The position numbers and the translations under genes were made by a program. From assembly GCA_052426225.1 (NCBI GenBank), contig JBNJNM010000011.1, positions 4,402,001 through 4,466,000 on the forward strand: a stretch of DNA of 64,000 nucleotides, written 5' to 3'. The DNA is from Zancudomyces culisetae HAW-14-8. Lineage: Eukaryota; Fungi; Kickxellomycota. The notes under the pieces were generated by a model that was given only the letters and a program-made list of their open reading frames with translations, was not told the DNA's origin and did no database searches. Positions 1-11,953 of this stretch are shown in pieces. Every line of letters starts with the position of its first letter. The stretch's first letter is position 1.

Positions 1-466
1 AGGACATTTGAAATCCTTTTTTCTACTTTCTAGAAAAGAGAGTACACTCAAGGCTAAAATTAAACGTAAAGCGTCAGAATTGCTGTAAAAAAATGTTCAA
101 AAAGTGGTTCTTATCAAACACATATTCAGCTCTCAATAAAGTGACCTATTTTACAATGCAAAGCATAATGACTGCCAAAAGTCATTATGATAAAATTAAA
201 TAAAGCGCTTTGAGTAATCAGCGTGAACCTGTACCTCATAAACCCCATATATTGCACTTGGAACATTGTTCTGCGTCCCCTCACAATAGATGTACATACG
301 CTGAACAGGAGTAAAAACTTAAATGATAACGTTGTGATTTCTTAAAAAGAATAATGTCTAATACAAATAAAATGTAAGTCCAAGATATTTGGAGTAACTT
401 CTATACATTCTTGAACAGTATAAACAACTGGTGCTATTGTACTCCAGCTGAAAAAAAGGTAACTAT

Positions 467-1084
467 TCACTGCGATTCTGATTCTTTAGTCGAATCACTT
501 TCTTTTTTATTTGCATTTTCTTGCTTATTTGCATTTTCGGCTAGCTCAATCTGTATACGCTCGAATGCACGCGCAATTTTGGCCTGCACATACAATGAAC
601 CCCCGTCTTTATAATCATTCATTTTAAATAAATATTCATATTTCTATTTTTTATGAGATAAAGTAGATAAAGGTTTCGTCAGCGAGCTACTTTTTGCAGA
701 TATATGATACTAAGTACAGATAAACATTTACCTTTCGGAGTTCTTCCATATTTTCCAAATTTTCAACGTTTAATATTTTCATTGATTCATCGAGAGTAAT
801 TCCGGTGGTTCGAGTTGCCTGATCTTTAGCCAAGTCTTCGGTTTTGGCATTCCCGGCAGCTGCTCGTGCAGCAGCAGAATCTGTACATTAAAATATAATA
901 AAGTTATGGGCGGTTCAACATTCAAAGGTATTTATATGAACATTAGACAATCAATCTGTGAATTTCTTTTTCTTTAAGTTTGCTTCTTACTTTCGTTCGC
1001 CTGTTTAATTGCATCTCTAAATGCTACTCGAAACATTTTTGCCCCGTGAAGTAGCATTTGGGCGATAGCTTTGGGTGCTGACAT
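467..1084 (-). CDS. PAM16: Mitochondrial import motor J-like subunit Pam16/Tim16 (3 exons: 1084-991, 880-732, 643-467)
   Basis: Not in ORF track. Manual splicing over two GT-AG introns gives MSAPKAIAQMLLHGAKMFRVAFRDAIKQA...GITLDESMKILNV...KYEYLFKMNDYKDGGSLYVQAKIARAFERI, matching the Pam16 motifs (AF..A.rQA, tl.Ea..ILNv, GGSfYlQsK). Confidence 0.93.
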
Positions 1085-2037
1085 TTTTACTCAATTCGAT
1101 GCTTTACGCTTTTATTGTTTTATTATTATTATAGAATTCGATGTTTGCAGAAACTCTGTCTTTATCAGAACTTGAAGAGTATCTCTTTTTATTTTGTAGA
1201 GTGTTATTATAATTCATTATGTAACTGGAACTATCTCAAATCAGCTATTAGCTGATCTTGGCTTCCTTGAAAATTGGTGAAAAAAATTTTTTTTTCATTT
1301 GTCCAAGAAGTTTTAAAGGACAAAGGACAAAGGACAAATAGGTATTTTGATTTTCAAAAACTATTGCTCTAAATGTATATGCTAACCACAGATTGACTCG
1401 AAAAAACGTGGTGTGTAGTTGGGGAAGGGGTGTACACAATTATAAAAGGTACAATTTTGGAAATTCATATCAATAGAACCTGCTTGGGAACCTAAGGATG
1501 TTTCATAAGAAGCCTTAAGAAAGCTGGTGAGTAAAAACAGCTTAAAAACTATGGTGTAACAAGTCATAGTACTTAGGTATGATACCAAAATTTTTGAACA
1601 TGGCGAGCTCCAGTCACGGTTCTAACGAAGATACTGTCTGTGTATCTATAACGCTTTTTTTGTCTCTATTTGTGTATAGGTCTAAAACCTCCGTCCAAAA
1701 AAAAAAAGATTTATTTACTAGCTATATCTATAAAACTGAATATAAAGAGTTGCTATCATAGTTACATGGACACATTTCATAAAATTCTAACAGTGCTTAA
1801 GACAGGAGAGAATCCAACACATTTTCCCTGACATTGTCCTCGACACTTGATTTCTATATTCAAATCTATATCTATTATTATTCTTGTGTTGATAGTATGA
1901 ATATTCTGCTGTGATGCGAGTCAGTCTAGAATAATTTTTTTCTCTGAAAATAGAGATAAAGTCACCACCTTTCCGGTTCAATTGTAAGTGTAAATGTGTG
2001 TACTAAATAAAAATGTAGCTATAAAAGTGCAATAATT

Positions 2038-3478
2038 TTACATCAGGAATTCCGGAGTATTGCCTCGCATTTCTGCGTTGGCGCTACTATTTTTTGGTGG
2101 ATTTACACCTAAGGAGGAGGGTTTAAACATTTCATTGCCACCTTTTTTCTCTTCGTTTAAGGTGATTTTTTGCAAATGTTTGATGTACTCAACTGATTGT
2201 CTTAGAATAGAACCCTTGTTGGGTTTTTGGGTTGGATCCTTCATTGATAATGGAAGTAAGGAGTATAACTCTTTTATTTTTTCGTTTATATTTTCTCTCC
2301 TTCTCCTCTCAACTGCATTGTGGCTTTCCCTACGCCTCTGGCGTTTTTCAGTTACCAAGTGCTCTCTATTTTTTTATAGGTATCATTGATTTGTTCTAAC
2401 ATCAATATATCCTTCTAATACACTAGTCGGGCTTGAATTAATTCTGCTTCATGCAAAAATGTTAAAATACTTTAATACAAAATGCTATAACACCTTACCT
2501 CTGGATATCATATGGATTTTTGCCCTGTTGGGCAATATTTTCATTCATATCACTATTAAACTGTACAGCTGACGTGTTTAGTTTTTTTTTCCCACCGAGT
2601 TGGCTGGTCTCTTGACTTTGAAGATAACTTGATGCTCTTATTTTTTGATCGTCAGTGGAGAATGACTGTCCATAAAAAAGTGGGCTGGCCACAGGCGATT
2701 GCGCCAAAAAGTGCATGTTCAGCAAACTGGCTTGCTGCTGCTGCTGCTGTTGCTGTTGTTGTTGCTGTTGCTGTTGCTGTTGTTGGGGGTGTGTATTTTC
2801 TAAGCTTTGTTGATTGAATCCCACATTATTCTCGCCATTATTTCTATTAGCTGGAAATGCTCGAGTTGCATATCCGCTCATTGCAGATAACTCATAGGAG
2901 TCTTCACCTAGTATAGGAAATAAGTCTGTTCTTGTTTGTGGAGATCGTAAATCATTGCTAAACGCCTGCTGCTGAATATCTATTCCTGTTGAGTAGCTTA
3001 ATACGCCTGTGTGTGTCGGTGCTGGTAAATTCATTGTATGACCACCTTGTGTGTTTTTTTCAGAGAGAACTGAATACGTATCCAAGCTTCTGATGGTATT
3101 ATCCGCTTTATCCTTTCCTTTTTTCACTTTATCCCGTCTTTTTACTGTGTGCTGCCGTACTTTTTTTTTATTGTCATGTTGGTACATTTGTGGTGAAGAT
3201 ATTGGAAGGGTTTGGTATGGAGAGTTTTCCATGTATCCTTGCAGGTACATTTGATTGATATTATTGAAGGTTGATGGGCCCTGATAGCCCACCTCAACAT
3301 CTCTATTCAAATTTAAAAACCCCATGGTTGGCGTCTGATATACACCATTATTGTTGCTTTGTTGAAAAATTAATTCTGCAGGGTTAGTTTGGTGCTGGTC
3401 ATCTTGTTGACCATATCGCTGCTGAACTATATCGTTTTGATTCTGTGATTGTAAATTAGGCGAATTTCCAAAGTCCAT
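2038..3478 (-). CDS. bHLH transcription factor, MiT/TFE-USF-Rtg3/Cbf1 class (exons 3478-2499, 2365-2038)
   Basis: C-terminal [23 protein letters not shown]...[19 protein letters not shown] bHLH. A GTAAGG...ATAG intron (2498-2366) joins it in frame to the Q/N-rich 327-aa ORF. Confidence 0.9.
2732..2785 (-). repeat. CAA/CAG trinucleotide repeat encoding polyQ (18 Q)
   Basis: Direct reading of the (ttg/ctg)n tract inside the bHLH gene. Confidence 0.95.
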
Positions 3479-6450
3479 GGCTAAGTCTTGTCATATTATA
3501 TCACTTTATTGAAAGTTCAATGGGTTTGTTTTTTATTCTTACTATCTACAAATATATTCGCACCTTGATAAGGGTAAAGTGTTATGTTGTATTATATCTA
3601 GTTAACTACAACTATAATTTCCTGTTGCGTAATATCTTTTTATTATATGTTTTTCTTCGTTTATTTTAGAAAAAAAGCCCACTGGAGTATGTACTTTTTG
3701 CTCACGTTTAATAGATTCTGGCTACCGCAGGTCAACATTTTCCAGCTTGCTTACTGTTGTCTTTTTTCGGTAATATATTCCATAGACACTTTTTATAGGG
3801 ATAAATAGATCCCTTCGAAAGACACATTTATCTTCTTCCTGTATAGTACTGGGTTCTGTAAACCAAGAAAAACAAAGTACAGGAAAACAAAATACTAGCA
3901 TCAATATCTAGACTCCAAGGAAGCTTGATTTGGTACATTATATTGTTCTAATTTGCCTTATTTTTTTAGTATTACAACAAAAAATAGGCTCCCATATAAA
4001 TACTTGTACACGTGAAAATAATTTTTCTTATTTAGAGTTCCCTGTTAGACATACAACGTTGTTTTTTTCACATGCGAAGAAAAGTAATAAGTAAGTTACT
4101 ATCGATTGTGAACTAAAAAAAATTCACGATGTTGCCACCACTGGAGTCACCTGTTCTTCTTTCCCGTGTCCTCCCTTTTACAACACTACATTGTTCGACT
4201 GAACAATATTTGTGAGTATAGATTAATCACAAGCTCTTTTATTCATAAGGCTTATCCTGGGTTAATGAACTATGTACTCGCGCCAAAATATTGTTGCCAT
4301 CTAAACAATCAGTTTCAATAAACCAGCTAACAGTATTTGGGAAGGGTGGGGTTCGCCGAGGCGTTTTTTGTGGGGAAGATTTACAAAGCCAGGGCAATAA
4401 AGTCATCAACCGTTATACCGCCACTAGTGTCATGTATATAAAAGGCAAAGCGTGTCACGTGCAACCCGGCATACTTTGCATCAAAACAGAGTGAATAAAT
4501 TCCGGTAATTTGTGAACAAACCTTTTCTCTGTATTCATTGCTCATTTTATCATTCGATAGTAAACCGGATATATAAAAAAAAATCAGTAACTGCAACAGC
4601 TCCCATTTTTATAAGTCAAAGTGACGGCCAGCGTTCCTTCAAAGATGTTCAACAAGATTCCTAAAGTACGTGGCGTGAGTATTATTTGCTTATTTCATGT
4701 CATAAATTGACTTGAATATCGAATTAGATGATTTACTATCTCTTGCCCACTATATAAAAGTTATTTTAAAAGCAAACTTTGATATCTCATACAAAAGAAG
4801 AAAAAAGCGAGATAGGGCTTGTTTTGTTTAGTGCTCTCCAGTATTTATATTTGTGAAAAATAAGGTTTATATACCATAATGTTTAAAAGTACAACCAGAG
4901 TATGTAGTAATTGATCTGTGCCTCATTATAGGGCCAGTAATCCGAGTTTAAAATAATACTAGCTATTTACATTAGAACGTGTTAGATCTATCTACAACCA
5001 TTCCCCCCTATGACCTCGCTGCTAAGAGCCATTTTCGATGGGCAAACAATTTTGTATAATTAGGAGTTTTTTTGCTTTAAATGGTGTTTAAGCGGTACCA
5101 ACACATCATGTTTGAATAATAATACACACATTTGACTGTTTTATGGCATATAAAGTTAGTGCCATCTAAAAAAAATAGAATAGTTTCTTATTAAGATTTA
5201 ACTAAGCATAGCCAATCTTTTAAGGACAAAATCAATTTTGCTTGCCATATGAAACGAGTTGTAGCAACCGTTATGCATGGCTTTCCTCTCCTCTGTTTTT
5301 TTTTTTTTGCATCATTTGGGCTCGCTGATTGAAGCGGTGTTGGTTTTTGCATTGAAAATAGGCTAACGGTTTGGATGCTGATGTTTCGAGCAGATATATC
5401 GATATCGCATTATAATATAATGCGGGGTTTATGACATCATTTTTAACCGCTATATACTGCATATTTGTCAAGTGATATCAAGAAGGTAGAATGTGCGTTA
5501 ACTCCAAGTACATGCCATTGATAGTATGTTATATCATAAAACATATTGTTATAGCTTGGTAAGTGTACTCCGTGTAAATGGACTACCGCCTTTTTGAAAG
5601 TATTACTAATACGTGTTTTCTGGATTTTCTTTTCGACATTAATATGAACCATATCAAGGCGATGTGCCCATTTACATCACTTCTTTGGTTCGTATGATGG
5701 TATTATCACTGTTGCCATCCATTGTGTTATATTGTGTGCGTCAATATAATCTAGATTATCAACTACATCTGCAAAAATTGCCGCTGATACCACAAACCCC
5801 CTATATAATTTACAACTAAATGTAGTTAATCATGTAGTACCATGTGAAGATGATGCTGTATTTTACCCGAGACAACCTAGTCACTACTTGCAGCGGTTTA
5901 TTCTTGAGATTACAAAAGTTCACCAAAAAAATGTGGCTATTGCACTAAAAAAACTAACCTGAATTAGCCGTAATTAAAAAATAGGTTGGTGTTTATGTAA
6001 TGTAAACAAAAATAGATTTTGTAAACAAAAGCAAGGCAAGTGGATTGGGGGAAAAATAATGAGTGTTGAATGATTAGAGCATCAAAGTTGGTGAATAAAG
6101 TTGAGCCTTTGGCTGAAAATTTTGATGTGTGTAGAACCTTTATAACAATTCTAACCAAACAAAGGGGAGTAAAAAATCTCCTAAAAGTTTTTAAAAAGGT
6201 GTTGGAAGCTTGATTTTTTTGATGGGATGATGATAATAGGTTAAGGTTTAATATTTATGTAAAAACCAGCGTGACATTTCTATAAAATTAAGGCAGTATC
6301 CAGATACTAGAGAGTGCGATAACAAAAAATATAGAAAATCTGAGAAACCGGGCGACAGACATACCAGCTTCGCTAATGCAATATACAGAGAATATATCTG
6401 AGTACAAAGGCGAATCAACAAGTGTTAAAAGAGTGAGAGGAAAAGAAAAC

Positions 6451-9400
6451 ATGGAAAGTAAGACGACCTTCACGAAAAAGTTTATTTTTAAACTTGAAAA
6501 ACAGAGTCATTCAGAAACGGAAGCAGTAGAAGTCTTTTTATTAGGCGACTTTAAAAATGACTGGGAAAAAATAAAAATGGAAAAATTACAAGTAGATAGC
6601 GAGGAAGCTGTTCGATCGGAAGGCGTAAAAGATGAAGAAAAAAGTAGCGAAGCAGAAAGTAATATTCACGAAGAAGATGGTAGCGGTCAACTATACTATA
6701 CAGTAGTAGAAGGGTTACAATACAACAGAAGATATATGTACAAGTATCAAGTTGGTAATGAGTGGGTGTTGGATGCAAAAGATCCCATCACAACCACAAC
6801 AGAAGGCTATGTTAACAATATACTATATAAGAGCAATGGGACTAGCGATGAAGCTAGCGGCACTGATATATTGGAGGACAGCTCAATAGTGGAGCCAAAA
6901 TCGGATATACCAAAGGCTGAAGCCGAGATTAAAGTAGAGGAAAAGGGGGGAGACTGGCGCGCTATGGATGAAAAGCTAGACGAAGTGGGTAAGTAAAACC
7001 ATTTGTAGTTATTAATAAAACCGGTATTCGAATAAAAACAGTTTAAGCAGGAATTTGCACTCTAGCTTTTATTAAAAATAGAAACCTAAAACATTACATA
7101 AATATATGTATCTCGATAGATGGATGCAAAATGAAGAGTGCAGCTGAAAGCCAGGTTACTGAACCGAAAGATGGTAAGTAGTCTAGTTATTACGGGGGTA
7201 GCGGTGCATATTATTTATGTTATTAAGCGCAACTTTCTTGAACACAAAAAAAATCAATATAATTGGCAAATTTATAGCTGAGGAAGATGGAAAGGAAAGG
7301 TTAGAACAGAGCGATATGGGACAGGCGAGAAAGATATGTACCATAAATGAAGAAGTAGTAAAAGTTAGTGGTAGTGGCGCCAGCCCAGGAATCCAGGCGG
7401 GAGCGGAGGGGTCTATGAAATACGAATCTCAAGAGCATGATTCACTGCAAGAAAATAATGCTTTTGGTGTTATCAAGCAAGATCCCGATGGTAAGGCCGA
7501 ACATCATGCAAATAAACTTGACAGTTTTGAAATTGAAGGTATGTATAAAGGTCAGGGGGGTTGTAGTATTGGTGTTAACATTCTGAGTATTCCAAGTTAC
7601 TGCCACAATGTCGATTTGGTCTAAAAAAATAAGATAAGCTAACCTTCGAAAATCCAAAAAACAGGGCAAATGTCTGAATCGGGTGGAGTGGTAGAAGAAA
7701 AAACGCTACAAATACAAGGTAACTGAGTCATTTTAATGTGAAATCTACTATGAATACGAATTACTACATGTAGCTGCATTTGTGATGTATGATCTTAAGC
7801 TACTTAAAGTTATCTGAAAGAAGCGAAAAAAGCAATAACCAGAACAATTTAATAAATCCAAATAAGTAGCCAAAAAAGAGAATGAAGCTTCTAGTCATTC
7901 CGGGAGTGGCGTGTTAGAAGGTGATATAAAGAGTAAGATACAAGATAAAAAGTTTAAAGTTGCATATTGTGACTTACAAACAAAAATATTTGGATGAAAC
8001 CGATGGTAGAGTTTCTTAGCTCGAAACTATAGCTAAATACAAAATTCAAAAAATAAATATAATCTTGAATAGGCGCATCTATGGGAGTAGAAACATGCAA
8101 AAATAAGACTCTACTAGTCACAGATAATCCAGCGGAATTAGTATTGGAATGTAGCGCCACTGAAAGCGCGATAAATAATGTGGAGCGCGTGGGCAATCAG
8201 GGCACCGTGTCAAATGAACAGAGTACTGGTGTCGAAGTCGAAAAAATAGCACAAACAGGTAGAGAACCAGCCGTTGAGACAGTTGCTGAGCCAGTTGTTG
8301 AATCAGTTGCTGAGACAGTTGTTGAGCCAGTTGCTGAGCCAGTTGCTGAGATAGTTGCTGAGACTGTTGTTGAGCCAGTTACTGAGACAGTTGCTGAGAC
8401 AGTTGCTGAGACAGTTGTCGAACCAGTTACTGAGACTGTTGTTGAGCCAGTTGTTGAGCCAGTTGTTGAACCAGTTGCCGAACCAGTTGCTGAGACTGTT
8501 GTTGAGCCAGTTGTTGAGCCAGTTGTTGAGATAGTTGCTGAATCAGTTGCCGAACCAGTAGAGGAACCAGTCGTTGAAACTGTTGTTGAGCCAGTTGCTG
8601 AGCCAATTGCTGAACCAGTCGTTGAGACAGTTGCTGAGGCAGTAGAGGAACCAGTTGTTGAACCAGTTGTTGAGACAGTTGCCGAACCAGTAGAGGAACC
8701 AGTAGAGGAACCAGTCGTTGAGACTGTTGTTGAGCCAGTTGTTGAGCCAGTTGTTGAGCCAGTTGTTGAGACAGTTGTTGAACCAGTTGTTGAACCAGTT
8801 GTTGAACCAGTTGTTGAGACAGTTGCTGAGGCAGTAGAGGAACCAGTTGCTGAACCAGTTGTTGAGACAGTTGCCGAACCAGTAGAGGAACCAGTAGAGG
8901 AACCAGTCGTTGAGACTGTTGTTGAGCCAGTTGTTGAGATAGTTGCTGAATCAGTTGTTGAGCCAGTTGTTGAGACAGTTGCTGAGATAGTTGCTGAACC
9001 AGTCGTTGAACCAGTTACTGAGACTGTTGTTGAGCCAGTTGTTGAGCCAGTTGTTGAACCAGTTGCCGAACCAGTTGCTGAGACTGTTGTTGAGCCAGTT
9101 GTTGAGCCAGTTGTTGAGATAGTTGCTGAATCAGTTGCCGAACCAGTAGAGGAACCAGTCGTTGAAACTGTTGTTGAGCCAGTTGCTGAGCCAATTGCTG
9201 AACCAGTAGAGGAACCAGTAGAGGAACCAGTCGTTGAGACTGTTGCTGAGCCAGTTGCTGAGACAGTTGCTGAACCAGTCGTTGAGACAGTTGCTGAGGC
9301 AGTAGAGGAACCAGTTGTTGAGACAGTTGCCGAACCAGTAGAGGAACCAGTAGAGGAACCAGTCGTTGAGACTGTTGTTGAGCCAGTTGTTGAGCCAGTT

Positions 9401-11953
9401 GTTGAGCCAGTTGTTGAGACAGTTGTTGAACCAGTTGTTGAACCAGTTGTTGAGACAGTTGCTGAGGCAGTAGAGGAACCAGTTGCTGAACCAGTTGTTG
9501 AGACTGCTGCTGAACCAGTTGCTGAACCAGTTGCTGAGACAGTTGCTGAGCCAGTTGTTGAACCAGTTGTTGAGGCAGTAGAGGAACCAGTTGCTGAACC
9601 AGTTGTTGAGCCAGTTGCTGAGCCCGTTGTTGAACCAGTCGTTGAGACAGTTGCTGAGATAGTTGCTGAACCAGTCGTTGAACCAGTTGCTGAGGCAGTA
9701 GAGGAACCAGTTGTTGAACCAGTTGTTGAACCAGTTGTTGAGACAGTTGCTGAGGCAGTAGAGGAACCAGTTGCTGAACCAGTTGTTGAGACAGTTGCCG
9801 AACCAGTAGAGGAACCAGTAGAGGAACCAGTCGTTGAGACTGTTGTTGAGCCAGTTGTTGAGCCAGTTGTTGAGACAGTTGTTGAACCAGTTGTTGAACC
9901 AGTTGTTGAGACAGTTGCTGAGGCAGTTGTTGAGCCCGTTGTTGAACCAGTCGTTGAGACAGTTGCTGAACCAGTCGTTGAACCAGTTGCTGAGACAGTT
10001 GTTGAACCAGTTGTTGAACCAGTTGTTGAGACAGTTGTTGAGACAGTTGCTGAGGCAGTAGGGGAACCAGTAGAGGAACCAGTCGTTGAGACTGTTGTTG
10101 AGCCAGTTGTTGAGCCAGTTGTTGAGCCAGTTGTTGAGACAGTTGTTGAACCAGTTGTTGAACCAGTTGTTGAGCCAGTTGCTGAGCCAGTTGCTGAGCC
10201 AGTTGCTGAGCCCGTTGTTGAACCAGTCGTTGAGACAGTTGCTGAGATAGTTGCTGAACCAGTCGTTGAACCAGTTGCTGAGGCAGTAGAGGAACCAGTT
10301 GTTGAACCAGTTGTTGAACCAGTTGTTGAACCAGTTGTTGAGACAGTTGCTGAGGCAGTAGAGGAACCAGTTGCTGAACCAGTTGTTGAGACAGTTGCCG
10401 AACCAGTTGTTGAACCAGTTGTTGAGACAGTTGCCGAACCAGTAGAGGAACCAGTAGAGGAACCAGTCGTTGAGACTGTTGTTGAGCCAGTTGTTGAGCC
10501 AGTTGTTGAGCCAGTTGTTGAGACAGTTGTTGAACCAGTTGTTGAACCAGTTGTTGAGACAGTTGCTGAGGCAGTTGTTGAGCCCGTTGTTGAGACAGTT
10601 GCTGAACCAGTCGTTGAACCAGTTGCTGAGACAGTTGCTGAGCCAGCTGTTGAGCCAGTTGTTGAACCAGTTGTTGAGCCAGTTGCTGAGCCAGTTGCTG
10701 AGCCCGTTGTTGAACCAGTCGTTGAGACAGTTGCTGAACCAGTCGTTGAACCAGTTGCTGAGACTGTTGTTGAACCAGTCGCTGAGATAGTTGTTGAGAC
10801 AGTTACTGAGACTGTTGTTGAGCCAGCCGTTGAGACAGTTGCTGAGCCAGTTGTTGAATCAGTTGCTGAGATAGTTGCTGAACCAGTCGTTGAGGCAACA
10901 AAGGAGCCGATAAGTATCATACCTCTGATGGATTCATCTATACAACATACCTCTCCCCTCTCCATTAAGGAAGAAGATCAATCAGTAACTGTGATTACAA
11001 ATGATCCTATACCCTTGGAAACAGCTTTTGGGACGACCAAAGAGGTATTTGTTAATCTTGAATCTTCTCAAGCTTTATCCAATGCTTCGAAAGTTGATTT
11101 CTTGCCTGAGCTTGCTGAGCCTCTAACAATTGAACAATCTCCATCTTTCGACCTGGTAAATAAAACGTCTTCGATTTTACATGAAGGTTATTCTGCTCTC
11201 TCTGGTACAGCTGAAGGAGAAGATAGCATAAAGTCGTATGTATCACCCTTTTCTGTTCCATCTAAAGATGGGACCTCAGATCCTGGAAGCAATGCTGAAG
11301 TGACCATTAAGCATGTAGCCTCTCCCATCGATAAGCTAGAATTTTATCCTGCTTTTAATCCGCTGGTTGCCCCAAAGCTTAAACTTTCTACAGAATTCGC
11401 GGCGCAGATGCCGACCTCCAGCCACGCTAGAAAATCATTTATTGACGTGGCAGCGACTCTTGAAACCGAAAAACTATCTGGTCAGGATCCATTGTTATTG
11501 GATGAAGCACATGAAGAGACCAATTTTGTTGGATCCGCTTATACTCCTTCGAGTCTACCACTAGAAAAAGCAGTATCCCTTCAGGTGTCAGAAAACCAAT
11601 TATCTATCTCAAAAGATGGTGACGCTAGTAACCACGCTCCAGCAAATGAAGAGTTGTCTGACCCACCAGCTAACAATGGTGCTAATGTGTATTCTGATGG
11701 TGATCGCGAGATCCCTGTTTCTCAAGAAAATTCACTTGCGACCACACCAGATGCTACAGAACTTCATCAAGAACAGTATAATGACACTCCTTCAACTCAA
11801 CATATGCAACACCAGGGTACTGAAACGAGCGATGATGTAGACGCAATGGAGTATTCCCCAGCGCCTGGCCCTAGTACTTCGCTAAATGGTATTGAGAATA
11901 TCAAAACCCGAAGGAGTCGATTCTCGAGTTTTTTCAAAAGGCTGTTTAGTTAA
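6451..11953 (+). CDS. Crp1/Mdg1-like protein: N-terminal CBM48 (AMPK-beta-type glycogen-binding) domain, long E-P-V-V repeat, basic amphipathic C-terminus; ~1,616 aa, 6 exons (6451-6988, 7120-7173, 7278-7538, 7665-7718, 7870-7932, 8073-11953); alternative start at 6376
   Basis: EVFLLGDFKNDW...YMYKYQVGNEWVLD...EGYVNNIL is a CBM48/E-set pattern. Five GT-AG introns join the ORF-track fragments in frame. The C-terminal SRFSSFFKRLFS resembles the basic FF-K tail of Crp1/Mdg1. Confidence 0.8.
8263..10893 (+). repeat. Coding tandem repeat, 12-bp unit (consensus GAG/A CCA GTT GT/CT), ~220 copies
   Basis: Continuous EPVV/ETVA/EPVA/EPVE/EIVA tetrapeptides, with larger duplicated blocks offset by 588 bp. 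Confidence 0.98.

Noticed and set aside
2406-2413. U12-type donor ATATCCTT
   Set aside because: It lies on the strand opposite the bHLH transcript; all inferred introns are ordinary GT-AG.
9834-10790. LLSQ/LLNQ leucine-repeat ORFs
   Set aside because: They are alternative-frame shadows of the 12-bp repeat, with non-ATG starts.
8263-10893. CRISPR-like array or non-coding satellite
   Set aside because: There are no unique spacers; the units are head-to-tail, in frame and inside a eukaryotic exon.
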